In this document: in pieces, positions 1 to 9,280 of the stretch
Layout of the letters: each line of letters begins with the position of its first letter
Position numbering within the stretch: the first letter of the stretch is position 1
DNA from: an uncultured Poribacteria bacterium
GTDB lineage: Bacteria; Poribacteria; WGA-4E; WGA-3G
Length of the DNA: 64,000 nucleotides
NCBI GenBank assembly: GCA_951813565.1
Contig: OX638351.1
Span: forward strand, 3,648,001-3,712,000
Direction of reading: 5' to 3'
The notes under the pieces: generated by a model
What the model was told of the DNA's origin: nothing
The model's database searches: none
What the model saw: only the letters and a program-made list of their open reading frames with translations
Position numbers and translations under genes: made by a program

Positions 1-112
1 GAGTCGGTGTTGGTTCTGCTGGTTGGTTTTCTTCTTCACGTTCACAACCTATAACGACAAGACAAAGACTCATAAAAAAAACAAGGCATGTATTATTCCA
101 AAACGTTAGCAT
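1..112 (-). CDS. Partial lipoprotein (N-terminus only; possibly LptC-like given its position after lpxL)
   Basis: Hand translation from ATG at 112 gives MLTFWNNTCLVFFMSLCLVVIGCEREEENQPAEPTPT, a hydrophobic signal with a VIG-C lipobox. It overlaps the stop of the upstream acyltransferase and runs off the window. Confidence 0.55.
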   Translation of the reverse strand, partial: MLTFWNNTCLVFFMSLCLVVIGCEREEENQPAEPTPT

Positions 113-1004
113 ACTTATTCGTTTTACAGGCTTCAGGACGGGTTTTCCACCGTTTATGCATCCAAATCCACTGTTCTGGGTATTTTCGGATGTAAGATTC
201 AATGATTTTGGTGAATTTTTGTGTGTTGATAACAAGTTCTTTCTCTTTTACATCGCACCGTTCTAACGCCAACGGAGGTTCAATTATCGCCCGATGTTTA
301 CCATCAGGTTGCCGAATAATAAAAGATGGTAATATCGCAGCCCCAGTTTTGAGCGCAAAAGCAACTGGACTGTAGGGCGTATAAGCAGGTTTACCAAAAA
401 AGTCTACAAAAACACCTTTCACAGTGGTGTCTACGTCAGCAACAATGCCGAGAAGTTCATTGCGTTTTAGACATCGGAGTGCTTGTCGGACACCGGTATT
501 TCTATCTATGGTAGAATATCCCGCTTTTTCTCGATAATGACTGACCAACGCGTTTAGCCGAGGTGAACGCAATTCCCGCACAATTGGACTCAACGGTGCC
601 ACTGTGGCGCTAATACTTGCCGCCAGAAGTTCCCAGTTCCCAAAATGCCCGGTTAATATTATTGCTCCCTTTCCCTTTGCTAAGGCATCTTCCACATGCT
701 GAATACCTTCAAAACTGACGGACTTTTGGATCTGCTCCGGATTTATGCGTGGAAACTGCATGAACTCTACCACAGTTTTCCCTAAATTTTCGAAGCATTT
801 CTTTGCTACTGTTTTGACGCTGCGTTCGTCCGCAATATCCAAACGCTGTCTTATGTGCTCACATGCTAATCTTCTTTGCTGTGATGCGAACCAGAAACCA
901 AGGAGACCCAACCATCCGCCGAGAACCAGTGATACCGAACGCGGAAGACAAGACACACAGAATCCGATCAGTTTGGCGGTAAATCCATAACACCAATCTT
1001 TCAT
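93..1004 (-). CDS. lpxL: Lipid A biosynthesis lauroyl/myristoyl acyltransferase (LpxL/HtrB family)
   Basis: GHFGNWEL, DVDT..GVFVDFFGKPAYT and YPEQWIWMHKRWK motifs. Start taken at ATG 1004. Confidence 0.88.
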   Translation of the reverse strand: MKDWCYGFTAKLIGFCVSCLPRSVSLVLGGWLGLLGFWFASQQRRLACEHIRQRLDIADERSVKTVAKKCFENLGKTVVEFMQFPRINPEQIQKSVSFEGIQHVEDALAKGKGAIILTGHFGNWELLAASISATVAPLSPIVRELRSPRLNALVSHYREKAGYSTIDRNTGVRQALRCLKRNELLGIVADVDTTVKGVFVDFFGKPAYTPYSPVAFALKTGAAILPSFIIRQPDGKHRAIIEPPLALERCDVKEKELVINTQKFTKIIESYIRKYPEQWIWMHKRWKTRPEACKTNKYANVLE

Positions 1005-1214
1005 TAGGAATATAGTATACCAAATTTCTTGCAAAATTACAAAGAAAAATGTAGCGCGGATAATTCAACCATATATAGATTGTACATAACAGTTTGTTGC
1101 ATTATCTACAGATTTTCTTTGTAAATTTTTGAGACACAACGTTTTATTTTCCTTCAACACAACTTGATTTTTCATTGTAATTTCAGGTAAACTCTAAAAT
1201 AGAATGGAATCCTT

Positions 1215-2525
1215 ATGCAGAAACCTGAAAACATCAACAAACAGATAATTCGGCTCACTATTCCGAACACCATCAGCAATTTCTCTATCCCGCTGCTTGG
1301 TGCAGTGGATACTGCTTTGATGGGACGTTTGGAATCTGAACACTATCTCGGTGCAGTCGGCATCGGAGGTATTATCTTCAGTTTTATCTATTGGGGATTT
1401 GGGTTTCTCAGGATGGCGACGACAGGATTGACCGCGCAGGCTTATGGAGAAAGTAATAGGGAAAAATGCGGCCTCTTGCTACAACGCGCTTTATCCATTG
1501 GTATTATTGGGAGTCTTCTGCTGTTAATCTTCCAGTGGGTTCTTGCAGATGTAAGTTTTGCACTGATTGCAACAAGTTCAGAGGTGGATCAACTTGCCCG
1601 TACCTATTTCCACATCCGCATCTATGCTGCTCCTGCGACGCTTTGCTTACATGCTTTCCACGGTGTGTTTTTGGGTTTACAGAATGCCCATTATCCGATG
1701 CTGTTGACAATCCTCGTCAACTTTATAAACATTGTGCTGAATCTGATATTTGTTAATGTGCTTGGCATGAAGGTGGAAGGTGTTGCTTTAGCGACTGTTA
1801 TAGCGCAGTATGTTGGACTCATTCTGGCAGGTGTGCTCTTTTTGGCACGTTATCGTAGTCTCCTAACAACGTGGGATTTTCGAATAATCCTTGCATTTTC
1901 TAAACTAAAGCGATTTCTCAGTATCAGTAGCGATATTTTCATTCGCACGCTTTGCCTCGTGTTTAGCCATGCCTTTTTCACAGCGAAATCCGCTGCTTTG
2001 AGCGACACTTTCTTGGCGATTAACACTATTCTGCTCCAATATATCAATCTTATGTCTTATGCGATTGATGGGTTCGCTTTTGCTGCAGAGAGTATGGTTG
2101 GCAAATACAAAGGCGCGCAGGATATGCAGAACTTAAAGCGGACAACGCGCCATATTTTTCTGTGGGCGTTTCTGTTCAGTGGCACGATTATGTTAGTTTT
2201 TGGTCTTTTTGGAGAGCAACTACTTCGTTTCTTTACGGATCAACACAATCTCATTAGACAAGCAAAACCTTATCTCATTTGGATAATCGTTGCACCTGTT
2301 GTGAACGTCGCTGCCTATATTTGGGATGGAATATATCTCGGCGCGACTGCCTCAAAAGCGTTACGAAATTCTATGATTGTCGCCATGCTGCTCTTTTTAG
2401 GTGCTGTGTATCTGTTGATGCCTTTTGGGAATCATGGGCTTTGGGCTGCATTGACGCTGCTTTTGATTGCGCGTGGTGTGTTGTTGACAGTGTTGGCACC
2501 GAAGCATCTGTTTAGTTTAGCGTGA
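1215..2525 (+). CDS. dinF: MATE family efflux transporter (DinF-like)
   Basis: About 12 TM segments, PLLGAVDTALMG, FGFLRMATTGLTAQAYG and DGFAFAAE motifs. Confidence 0.9.
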   Translation: MQKPENINKQIIRLTIPNTISNFSIPLLGAVDTALMGRLESEHYLGAVGIGGIIFSFIYWGFGFLRMATTGLTAQAYGESNREKCGLLLQRALSIGIIGSLLLLIFQWVLADVSFALIATSSEVDQLARTYFHIRIYAAPATLCLHAFHGVFLGLQNAHYPMLLTILVNFINIVLNLIFVNVLGMKVEGVALATVIAQYVGLILAGVLFLARYRSLLTTWDFRIILAFSKLKRFLSISSDIFIRTLCLVFSHAFFTAKSAALSDTFLAINTILLQYINLMSYAIDGFAFAAESMVGKYKGAQDMQNLKRTTRHIFLWAFLFSGTIMLVFGLFGEQLLRFFTDQHNLIRQAKPYLIWIIVAPVVNVAAYIWDGIYLGATASKALRNSMIVAMLLFLGAVYLLMPFGNHGLWAALTLLLIARGVLLTVLAPKHLFSLA

Positions 2526-2633
2526 GAAGCAATACTGTAGGTGTCCTTACTACAACAACTGACAACACTACAGCGTATCTCATAAATATTTTAATTGCAT
2601 GCGTATACATGCAAGCATCACAAAACCTAATAC

Positions 2634-3209
2634 AACAGGACTTACGCATTTTTATAATTGGTATGCGTCAATGAAAGTCATCAAAGCGATTGAAAAACTT
2701 TCCAAGATTTACTATGTGCCTCTCAAGCGTAATCGTCTTGTCAATGATACGGATGGTGTTGAACAACACCAACAAGTCCAAGATTTATGTTGGACCCAAA
2801 CAGAAGGACGACAAGGAAAACGAGTGCACATCAATAAGTTTCCAAAAGGACATCAAGTGAAGTTGTTCCGGATAGCGTCCTCTAACGGACACACGGTATA
2901 TATCGCTACAAACGATTTATCTCAATCAGATGCGGATGCCACAATCCAAGAATGTCCAGTGCGTTGGAAGATTGAGCAATTTCATCGTGAGATCAAACAA
3001 GTCACTGGTATTGGTAAATGTCAATGTCGCAAGTTGCGTGCGCAAAGAAATCATATTGCGTGTTGTTTTCAAGTATGGGTCTGTTTGGCACGCACTGCCC
3101 GTGCAGTTGGTAGAACAATTTATGAGCTTAAAGATAGCTTATTGGACGATTATTTACGACATCAACTCTCAAATCCTTCAATAATCTTCAAGACTGCGTA
3201 AGTCCTGTT
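2634..3209 (+). mobile_element. Internally deleted IS701-family element
   Basis: 15-bp perfect terminal inverted repeats AACAGGACTTACGCA (2634-2648) and TGCGTAAGTCCTGTT (3195-3209) enclose only the 3' half of a DDE transposase. Confidence 0.8.
2650..3201 (+). pseudogene. IS701-family transposase, N-terminally truncated
   Basis: NWYAS, YIATND and RWKIEQFHREIKQVTGIGKCQCRKLRAQRNHI motifs. The N-terminal half is missing. Confidence 0.8.
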
Positions 3210-3463
3210 AGATTAGATCCTAATGCTCCAGCTACATACTATCAGCGGGGTTGTTGAGATCCAAAATAGGTAGAACGCACGAAGCAGTGTTCGCTCTGGA
3301 AAAAGCATTGGAAATAGCCCAGGCTATTGGAAATAAGGAAATGATATCGCACATTCAGAAGATACTTCGTGAATTTAAATTTGATATTTGTTGAGAATCC
3401 AGGTGCCAGCCGAGCAATACGGCGCATTAGCGAGTTGCTAATGTTTTTCAGGGTTCGTAGCGC

Positions 3464-3613
3464 CGCACCTGTGGTTTCATTGAAGATAGAGACGTTAATG
3501 CTGCTATCAATCTAAAACTTCTCGCGTTTAGGTGGGACGAGAGTCAAAACGCCTATGGAGATTCTATAAGACCCACGATGGTAGTCTGGAATCAAGGAAG
3601 CAGGAAGGGTTGA
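3464..3613 (+). pseudogene. tnpB: IS200/IS605 TnpB C-terminal remnant (zinc-ribbon end, RuvC-III and right-end region)
   Basis: Hand translation gives RTCGFIEDRDVNAAINLKLLAFRWDESQNAYGDSIRPTMVVWNQGSRKG*. CG...DRDxNAAxN is the TnpB signature. Confidence 0.75.
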
Positions 3614-3624
3614 ACTGAACAGAT

Positions 3625-4670
3625 TAGACATTATAATGAATTAGTTTTAAATTTTGTTAACCTCTGTTATACTGACTTATTATCGGACGATAGGAGGTTA
3701 GCTCATGACCAATTTTCAAGATCTCAAAGACAGACCTGATGCGTTTCTGTCCCTCACCGGATATACATTAGTAGAGTTTACAGAACTATTACCTCATTTT
3801 TCTTGTTGTTTTTTAGAATATATGCAAACACATACCCTTGATGGCAAACCACGCAGAAATCGGAGATATAAACCGTATAAAAATAGTCGTTTTGCTTCCC
3901 ATGAAGATATGTTGCTATTTATCTTGATTTACCTTCGTGATGCTCCGAAACAAGTTCTATTGGGTGAGCTCTTTGATATGTCTCAACCACTTGCGAATAA
4001 ATGGATACACTTGCTTTTACCGATATTGAACAAAGCATTAGCAAAACTTGAAGAGCTGCCATCTCGGGAAACAGACCCCGCACCTATGTGCGATACTGGT
4101 GAGGTGTCAACTCAAAGTCAAGAAGTAGAACATTTTTTTTTCATGATGGCACGGAGCGTCTAATACAGCGTCCAAAAGACCCATCAACTCAAAAGGCGTA
4201 TTATAGTGGTAAAAAGAAATGCCATACAGTGAAAAATAATCTGATTATCAATGCGACCTGCAAAGTCGTCCTATTGACACCCTCTTTTGAAGGGAGACAC
4301 CATGACAAACACATAGCCGATAAGGTGGGCTATTGTGTGCCACAGGGAAGCACCTTGTATCAAGATACCGGTTTTCAGGGTTTTGTCCTTCCTGATATAA
4401 ATATCATTCAACCGAAGAAAAAGCCGAAAGGTGGAGAACTGACAGATCAAGAAAAAGAGATCAATAGAAAAATAGCGTCTATACGCATCCGTGTTGAACA
4501 TGCGATTAGTGGTGTCAAAAGATACCGCATTGTAAAAGACAAGTTGCGTAACTGGAAGAAAGGGTTCAGCGACTTAGTCATGGAAACTTGTTGTGGTTTA
4601 CACAACTTTCGACTAAACTTTAGACCCTGGCATTATGAAACCCCTGTTATTTAATTCATTATAATGTCTA
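3625..4670 (+). mobile_element. IS5-family (ISL2-group-like) insertion sequence, apparently intact
   Basis: Perfect 19-bp TIRs TAGACATTATAATGAATTA (3625-3643) and TAATTCATTATAATGTCTA (4652-4670) enclose the transposase. Confidence 0.88.
3705..4654 (+). CDS. IS5/ISL2 transposase (HTH + DDE_Tnp_4-like), two ORFs joined by a -1 frameshift at a T9 run (4133-4141)
   Basis: ORF1 carries the HTH (LGELFDMSQPLANKWIH). The -1 frame continues FHDGTERLIQRPKD..YYSGKKKCHTVKN..YQDTGFQG..RIRVEHAISGVKRY. Confidence 0.85.
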
Positions 4671-4696
4671 TTATAGAAGATTTTGCTATATTAGAG

Positions 4697-4852
4697 TAAC
4701 CCAAGTTGCTACCTATATCGCGAATGCTCTTGTAGGAGGGGTTTCTAACCCCGATTTAGAAAAGAAAGCATAAGAATTAGCTGGAAATCCTTGTTTTTCA
4801 GTAAAAAGCAATGTCTGCAAGCTTGAAATCTTGTCCGTAGCAACTTAGGTTA
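4697..4852. mobile_element. MITE family A (TIR TAACC[C/T]AAGTTGCTAC) carrying a GTAG-REP hairpin
   Basis: Inverted ends at 4697-4712 and 4837-4852, flanking direct repeat (A)GAG(T), internal TGTAGGAGGGGTTTCTAACCCCG. Confidence 0.7.
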
Positions 4853-5104
4853 GAGTAGGTTACCCACAGCGCCGCGGCTCAAGATCGTTGCATTCGTTGT
4901 TGACTTCGCTTTCTTGCTGGCATTTGCGCCAAGATGAACCGCTGTTATAAGCTCATAATCAATATGAGCATGAAGATTTTCGCGGTTCATATTGAAAATG
5001 TCCTCACCAGTATAGTCCATACGGTTTCAAGCGGATATGAAAATCGGCTCAAACCAAGTTATTACTGGATTCAAGCCGATTTAGAAAATGTCCGATATTT
5101 GCGC

Positions 5105-5803
5105 TTATCGGACGTTTTTGATGCTTCCCCATGTGGTTGTGAGCTTGGCTTTAGGGTCTACGGCAGTAGCACTATCATCGCCGAAGTACTCAATTTCGCC
5201 AATTTGAAAGTACGCCCCAGCCGGGTTCGATGCGGTGTCAAAAGTAACATGCCGAAAAAACCGATACCCGGTTTTTTGAACGTCGAAATCTTCCCCTGCC
5301 TCAAAAAGGACGACTTGCAGTCGCTGATCCCAAAAGCTATCCCCGTCGTGAGAAAAGATGGCAGTAAAATCTTCGCCGTCGTTCGACCCCTGAATCTCCC
5401 ACACTGTTGGGTCCCTTGCAGGAACATCGTTCGCTGAAGATACGGTGAAGTGTGTCAATATGTACGACTCCTCAAACTCAGCTGTCACGTGTAGACCTTC
5501 TTCCGGAATGCCGCCCCCACGTCCGCAGCACCATTTGGCATTGCCGCCGCCAAGGACGTTATCAAAGACGTTAAACGAAAATTCCCCGCCCCCGAATCCG
5601 GGTTCTTCATTGGCTGAGAAAATGGCGTTGTAACCCTCATCTGCATCAGGAGCACCATCGTCTTCTGGGTCGGTTAGGTCTCCTCCCAGCAGTGCCCCCG
5701 TTCCTGTTCCCAAGACTTCCTCCGCCTGTGCCATGCCGCTCGTGCTGATAATACAATAGGCTATCATCAACACAAATCCTGCTAATACCAACATAATCTT
5801 CAT
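5105..5803 (-). CDS. Secreted protein with galactose-binding/discoidin-like domain and a Poribacteria-type C-terminal motif
   Basis: Signal peptide, SANDVPARDPTVWEIQGSNDG, YRFFR, FQIGEIEYFG, and C-terminus AVDPKAKLTTTWGSIKNVR. Confidence 0.75.
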   Translation of the reverse strand: MKIMLVLAGFVLMIAYCIISTSGMAQAEEVLGTGTGALLGGDLTDPEDDGAPDADEGYNAIFSANEEPGFGGGEFSFNVFDNVLGGGNAKWCCGRGGGIPEEGLHVTAEFEESYILTHFTVSSANDVPARDPTVWEIQGSNDGEDFTAIFSHDGDSFWDQRLQVVLFEAGEDFDVQKTGYRFFRHVTFDTASNPAGAYFQIGEIEYFGDDSATAVDPKAKLTTTWGSIKNVR

Positions 5804-5946
5804 ACTGTTCAAACTCCTATAGAAATGAATCTCACTTTTACGTGAGTTTCGCGTTAAGTAGGTGAGTTTGAATAAACTGCACCCATTTTACCATACCAAT
5901 CTTTACTAATCTGTGTTCCATAATAACATATTATTTCATATTAGTA

Positions 5947-6216
5947 TAACCTAAGTTGCCATCTATGTAGCACAATCTATATGAAGATTAGCTTATTCTT
6001 TCGGTAATTTTCTGTCCGCACGAGGCAGATGTGCCCGCTGCTGGCGAGGTTTCCTAACCCGGCTAAATTACCGATTTATTTTTTTAATCTTCATTTAGAT
6101 TGTGTCTGTGAGGACGCAACTGACAGTTTGCGCTACGAAATCTTAAGAAAAATGAAGAATTTTCTATTAAAAACGGTGTTGAACGTCTAAAATCTTGTAG
6201 GTAGCAACTTGAGTTA
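5947..6216. mobile_element. MITE family A copy with a nested REPIN and a nested MITE family B (5981-6094)
   Basis: Outer ends TAACCTAAGTTGC and GTAGCAACTTGAGTTA. The inner ATGAAGATTA...TAATCTTCAT splits the hairpin GTAGCACAATCTA/TAGATTGTG. Confidence 0.7.
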
Positions 6217-6462
6217 AATTACCGAATTAATAACTTAATCTTCATACAAGTGGTTTTCACATGTTCCAAGTATTATACCTTTCTGTAATTTTTTTGTCAA
6301 GTTTTTTTGCTAATTTATCAAAAAGGTGTTGAGATTGCCTTATATCGCATTTTTCCTGCCATCTGGTTTATAATCATAAGGTTTTTACAGTTTCGGGTAG
6401 TAAAAACGATACGGAATGCAGGTAGTTTATCAGATTAGACGCGCAGGAGGGCTGTATTTATA

Positions 6463-6491
6463 TTGACACATTCAAGTTGATATGTTAATAT
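6463..6491 (+). promoter_or_regulatory. Putative sigma70 promoter for lnt-prfB
   Basis: TTGACA, 17-bp spacer ending in TGn, then TAATAT. Confidence 0.5.
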
Positions 6492-6515
6492 TTATCTAAA
6501 CTTTATACCCATCCT

Positions 6516-8126
6516 GTGGAATACATTTTGAATTTTGTGAAACGTTACCGATATTGGCTCGCTGCAAGTTCAGGAATAATCCTGTTTTGTAGTTTTCCCA
6601 ACGTTAATTTCTTCCCACTTGCATGGGTTGCGTTAGTCCCCTTATTGGTAGCACTTGAACCAGTCGAGAGTTGGAAATCAGCATTTCGTGTAGGGTATGT
6701 ATCAGGATTTCTGTTTTTCGCAGGTCTACTTTTAGCGATCGTTCTCTTATATCCTTATGCGAATATATTTGTTACACTACTCGGTTATCTGCTTTTGGTT
6801 GGATATACAGCACTCTATTTTGCTGTGTTTGCAGTATTAGTATATCAGTTGCCCTGGCAATCAGGGATATTATATCCATTAGGCGCTGCTTCTATCTGGG
6901 TTACATTAGAATGGATACGTAGTTGGTTGCTAACAGGGTTTCCGTGGGGAAACATCGGTTATTCACAGTGGAACTATCTACAAGGAATTCAAATCGCATC
7001 AATAACAGGAGTTTACGGTGTAAGTTTTATTATTGTCTTTTTCAATGCGGGAATTGCGACATTAATTCGTCGTAGACATGAATGGCAGAGAGAATTGGTG
7101 GCGGTAATCGTTCCCTGCTTGTTAGCAATGATATGTCTTATCTATGGATATACTGCAATAGCGAGAAGTGAAAATACTCCACAAAATAGCATGAAAGTGG
7201 CACTTATCCCAGGAAATATATCACAAATTGAAAAATGGCAATCAAAAAATATTGAAAAGATCATAAAAAAATACCTCAATTTGACACGAAAAGCCGCAGT
7301 TGAAAACCCAGACGTAATTGTTTGGCCCGAAACGACAGTTAGAGGGCAAGTCTTATCTGGGGAGTGGATAGTACAAGTATCATCTAATAATTTTAGGAGA
7401 TTTCATAACTTATTCAAGCAGACGTTTGGAGAAATCGGTGGCATTCCAATGCTTATAGGTGCTACTGATACTGATGCCTTTGGGGATATTTACAACCGGG
7501 TTATATCAGTTTCATCAGAGGGAGAAATACTTGGTAAGTACACCAAGATGCACCTTGTGCCGTTTGGAGAATATGTACCTTTGGCGAATTTTCTACCCAA
7601 TTTTGTCCAATTTCAACCGTTTGAACATGGAAAAACAGTAAACCTTTTACCGATTACAAACGTTGAAGCAATGCAAACTAACAATCAGACAATAGAAGTC
7701 GGGACATCAATTTGCTTTGAGTCCGCATTTCCAAGCCATTTTCGGCAGTTTGTAAAAAAAGGGGCAGATGCGATGGGCATTCTCACGAACGATGCATGGT
7801 TTGCTGGAACCGCTTTTCCTGAGTTACATCTGGCGATGGTGCCTTTGCGTGCTGTTGAGAACCGAATTGCTGTTTTCCGCTGCGCGAATGGCGGATACTC
7901 ATGCGTTGTCGACAATTTCGGACGGATAACAACACCTTTTGTCACGCCGCAACCTACAGAAGAATTCTTGATTGCAGAGGTGCCGCTTTCTGAAGGAAAC
8001 CTGACTTTCTACACCCGTTATGGGGATTGGTTGTCTATTCTTTGCTTAGTGATTAGCCTCACATGTATTGCTTACGGAATTGTGGTCCGGCATTCAAACA
8101 CAAAACCTACAACCATAGATAATTGA
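6516..8126 (+). CDS. lnt: Apolipoprotein N-acyltransferase
   Basis: GFPWG, VWPET, KMHLVPFGEYVP, ICFES, TNDAWF and RAVENR motifs. Confidence 0.95.
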   Translation: MEYILNFVKRYRYWLAASSGIILFCSFPNVNFFPLAWVALVPLLVALEPVESWKSAFRVGYVSGFLFFAGLLLAIVLLYPYANIFVTLLGYLLLVGYTALYFAVFAVLVYQLPWQSGILYPLGAASIWVTLEWIRSWLLTGFPWGNIGYSQWNYLQGIQIASITGVYGVSFIIVFFNAGIATLIRRRHEWQRELVAVIVPCLLAMICLIYGYTAIARSENTPQNSMKVALIPGNISQIEKWQSKNIEKIIKKYLNLTRKAAVENPDVIVWPETTVRGQVLSGEWIVQVSSNNFRRFHNLFKQTFGEIGGIPMLIGATDTDAFGDIYNRVISVSSEGEILGKYTKMHLVPFGEYVPLANFLPNFVQFQPFEHGKTVNLLPITNVEAMQTNNQTIEVGTSICFESAFPSHFRQFVKKGADAMGILTNDAWFAGTAFPELHLAMVPLRAVENRIAVFRCANGGYSCVVDNFGRITTPFVTPQPTEEFLIAEVPLSEGNLTFYTRYGDWLSILCLVISLTCIAYGIVVRHSNTKPTTIDN

Positions 8127-8136
8127 AAGGATATAC

Positions 8137-9280
8137 ATGCTAACAGATTTAAAAACAGAAGTTGATACGGTAGCAAACCGACTCCACGAACTCAGGGGGT
8201 ATCTTTGACCAGCCCACAAAAGAAAAAGAATTAGGAGAACTCGAAAAAGAGGCAATGGCACCCGATTTTTGGGGAAACTCGCAGCGCGTCCAAACAGTAA
8301 ATCAACGTATCGCCGCACTCAAGGATGAAATTGATGAATATGAAAAAATAAATAGTGCTGTTGACGATCTGCAGATTTTGATTGAACTTGCTATTGAAGA
8401 AAATGATAACAGTTTGGAACAAGAGATTCAGAATGGTGTAGCAACAGTTACAACGCAGTTAGAGAAAATGGAACTGCGGTTAATGTTAAATGGGGAATTT
8501 GATGAGAACAATGCTATTCTTACCATTCATCCTGGAGCAGGAGGTGTTGACGCACAGGATTGGGCAGGTATGTTGATGCGAATGTATCTGCGGTGGTGCG
8601 ACCAGCACAACTACACGACTGAAATCGCTGATCTTACGCCCGGAGATGAAGCTGGTATTAAAGGGGCAACGATTTTTGTCAAAGGCACATCTGCTTATGG
8701 ATACCTGCAAGCAGAATCCGGCGTGCATCGTCTCGTTCGTCTATCCCCGTTTGATTTTAACAAAAGACGCCATACCTCATTTGCTGCTGTGCACGTTACG
8801 CCCGAAATTGACGATAGTGTTGATGTTGAAATCAATGCTGAAGACCTTCGGATTGATACTTATAGAGCCAGCGGTGCTGGTGGACAACATGTTAATGTTA
8901 CTGACTCAGCAGTCCGAATTAACCATATTCCGACAGGTATTATGGTACAGTGTCAGAATGAACGTTCCCAGCATAAAAACCGAGAAATCGCTATGAAGGA
9001 ATTGCGCTCTCGATTGTATATCCATTTTAGAGCGCAACGTGACGAAGAGATTGCAAAACTACAACCCGAAAGACGAGATATTGACTTCGGAAGCCAAATC
9101 CGATCTTATGTTCTACACCCGTATCAACGGGTAAAGGACACAAGAACAAACGTTGAGACAGGCAACGTTGATGCTGTCTTGAATGGTGATATAGATACGT
9201 TCATTGAGAGTTTTCTGAAAATGAAACCTGCGAAAAAAAGTAACTACCGTAGGACAGGAGGAAGACATGTCCAAATATAG
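8137..9280 (+). CDS. prfB: Peptide chain release factor 2 with programmed +1 frameshift
   Basis: ATG 8137 gives MLTDLKTEVDTVANRLHELRGYL, followed by AGGGGG-TAT-CTT-TGA-C (stop 8206-8208). The +1 frame carries the SPF and GGQ motifs. Confidence 0.95.

Noticed and set aside
3296..3394. TPR-like tail fragment LEKALEIAQAIGNKEM and the overlapping 61-aa minus ORF
   Set aside because: Too short to call. It is probably debris between IS remnants.
4934..5633. Plus-strand ORFs 4934-5437 and 5445-5633
   Set aside because: They are antisense shadows of the well-supported secreted protein at 5105-5803.
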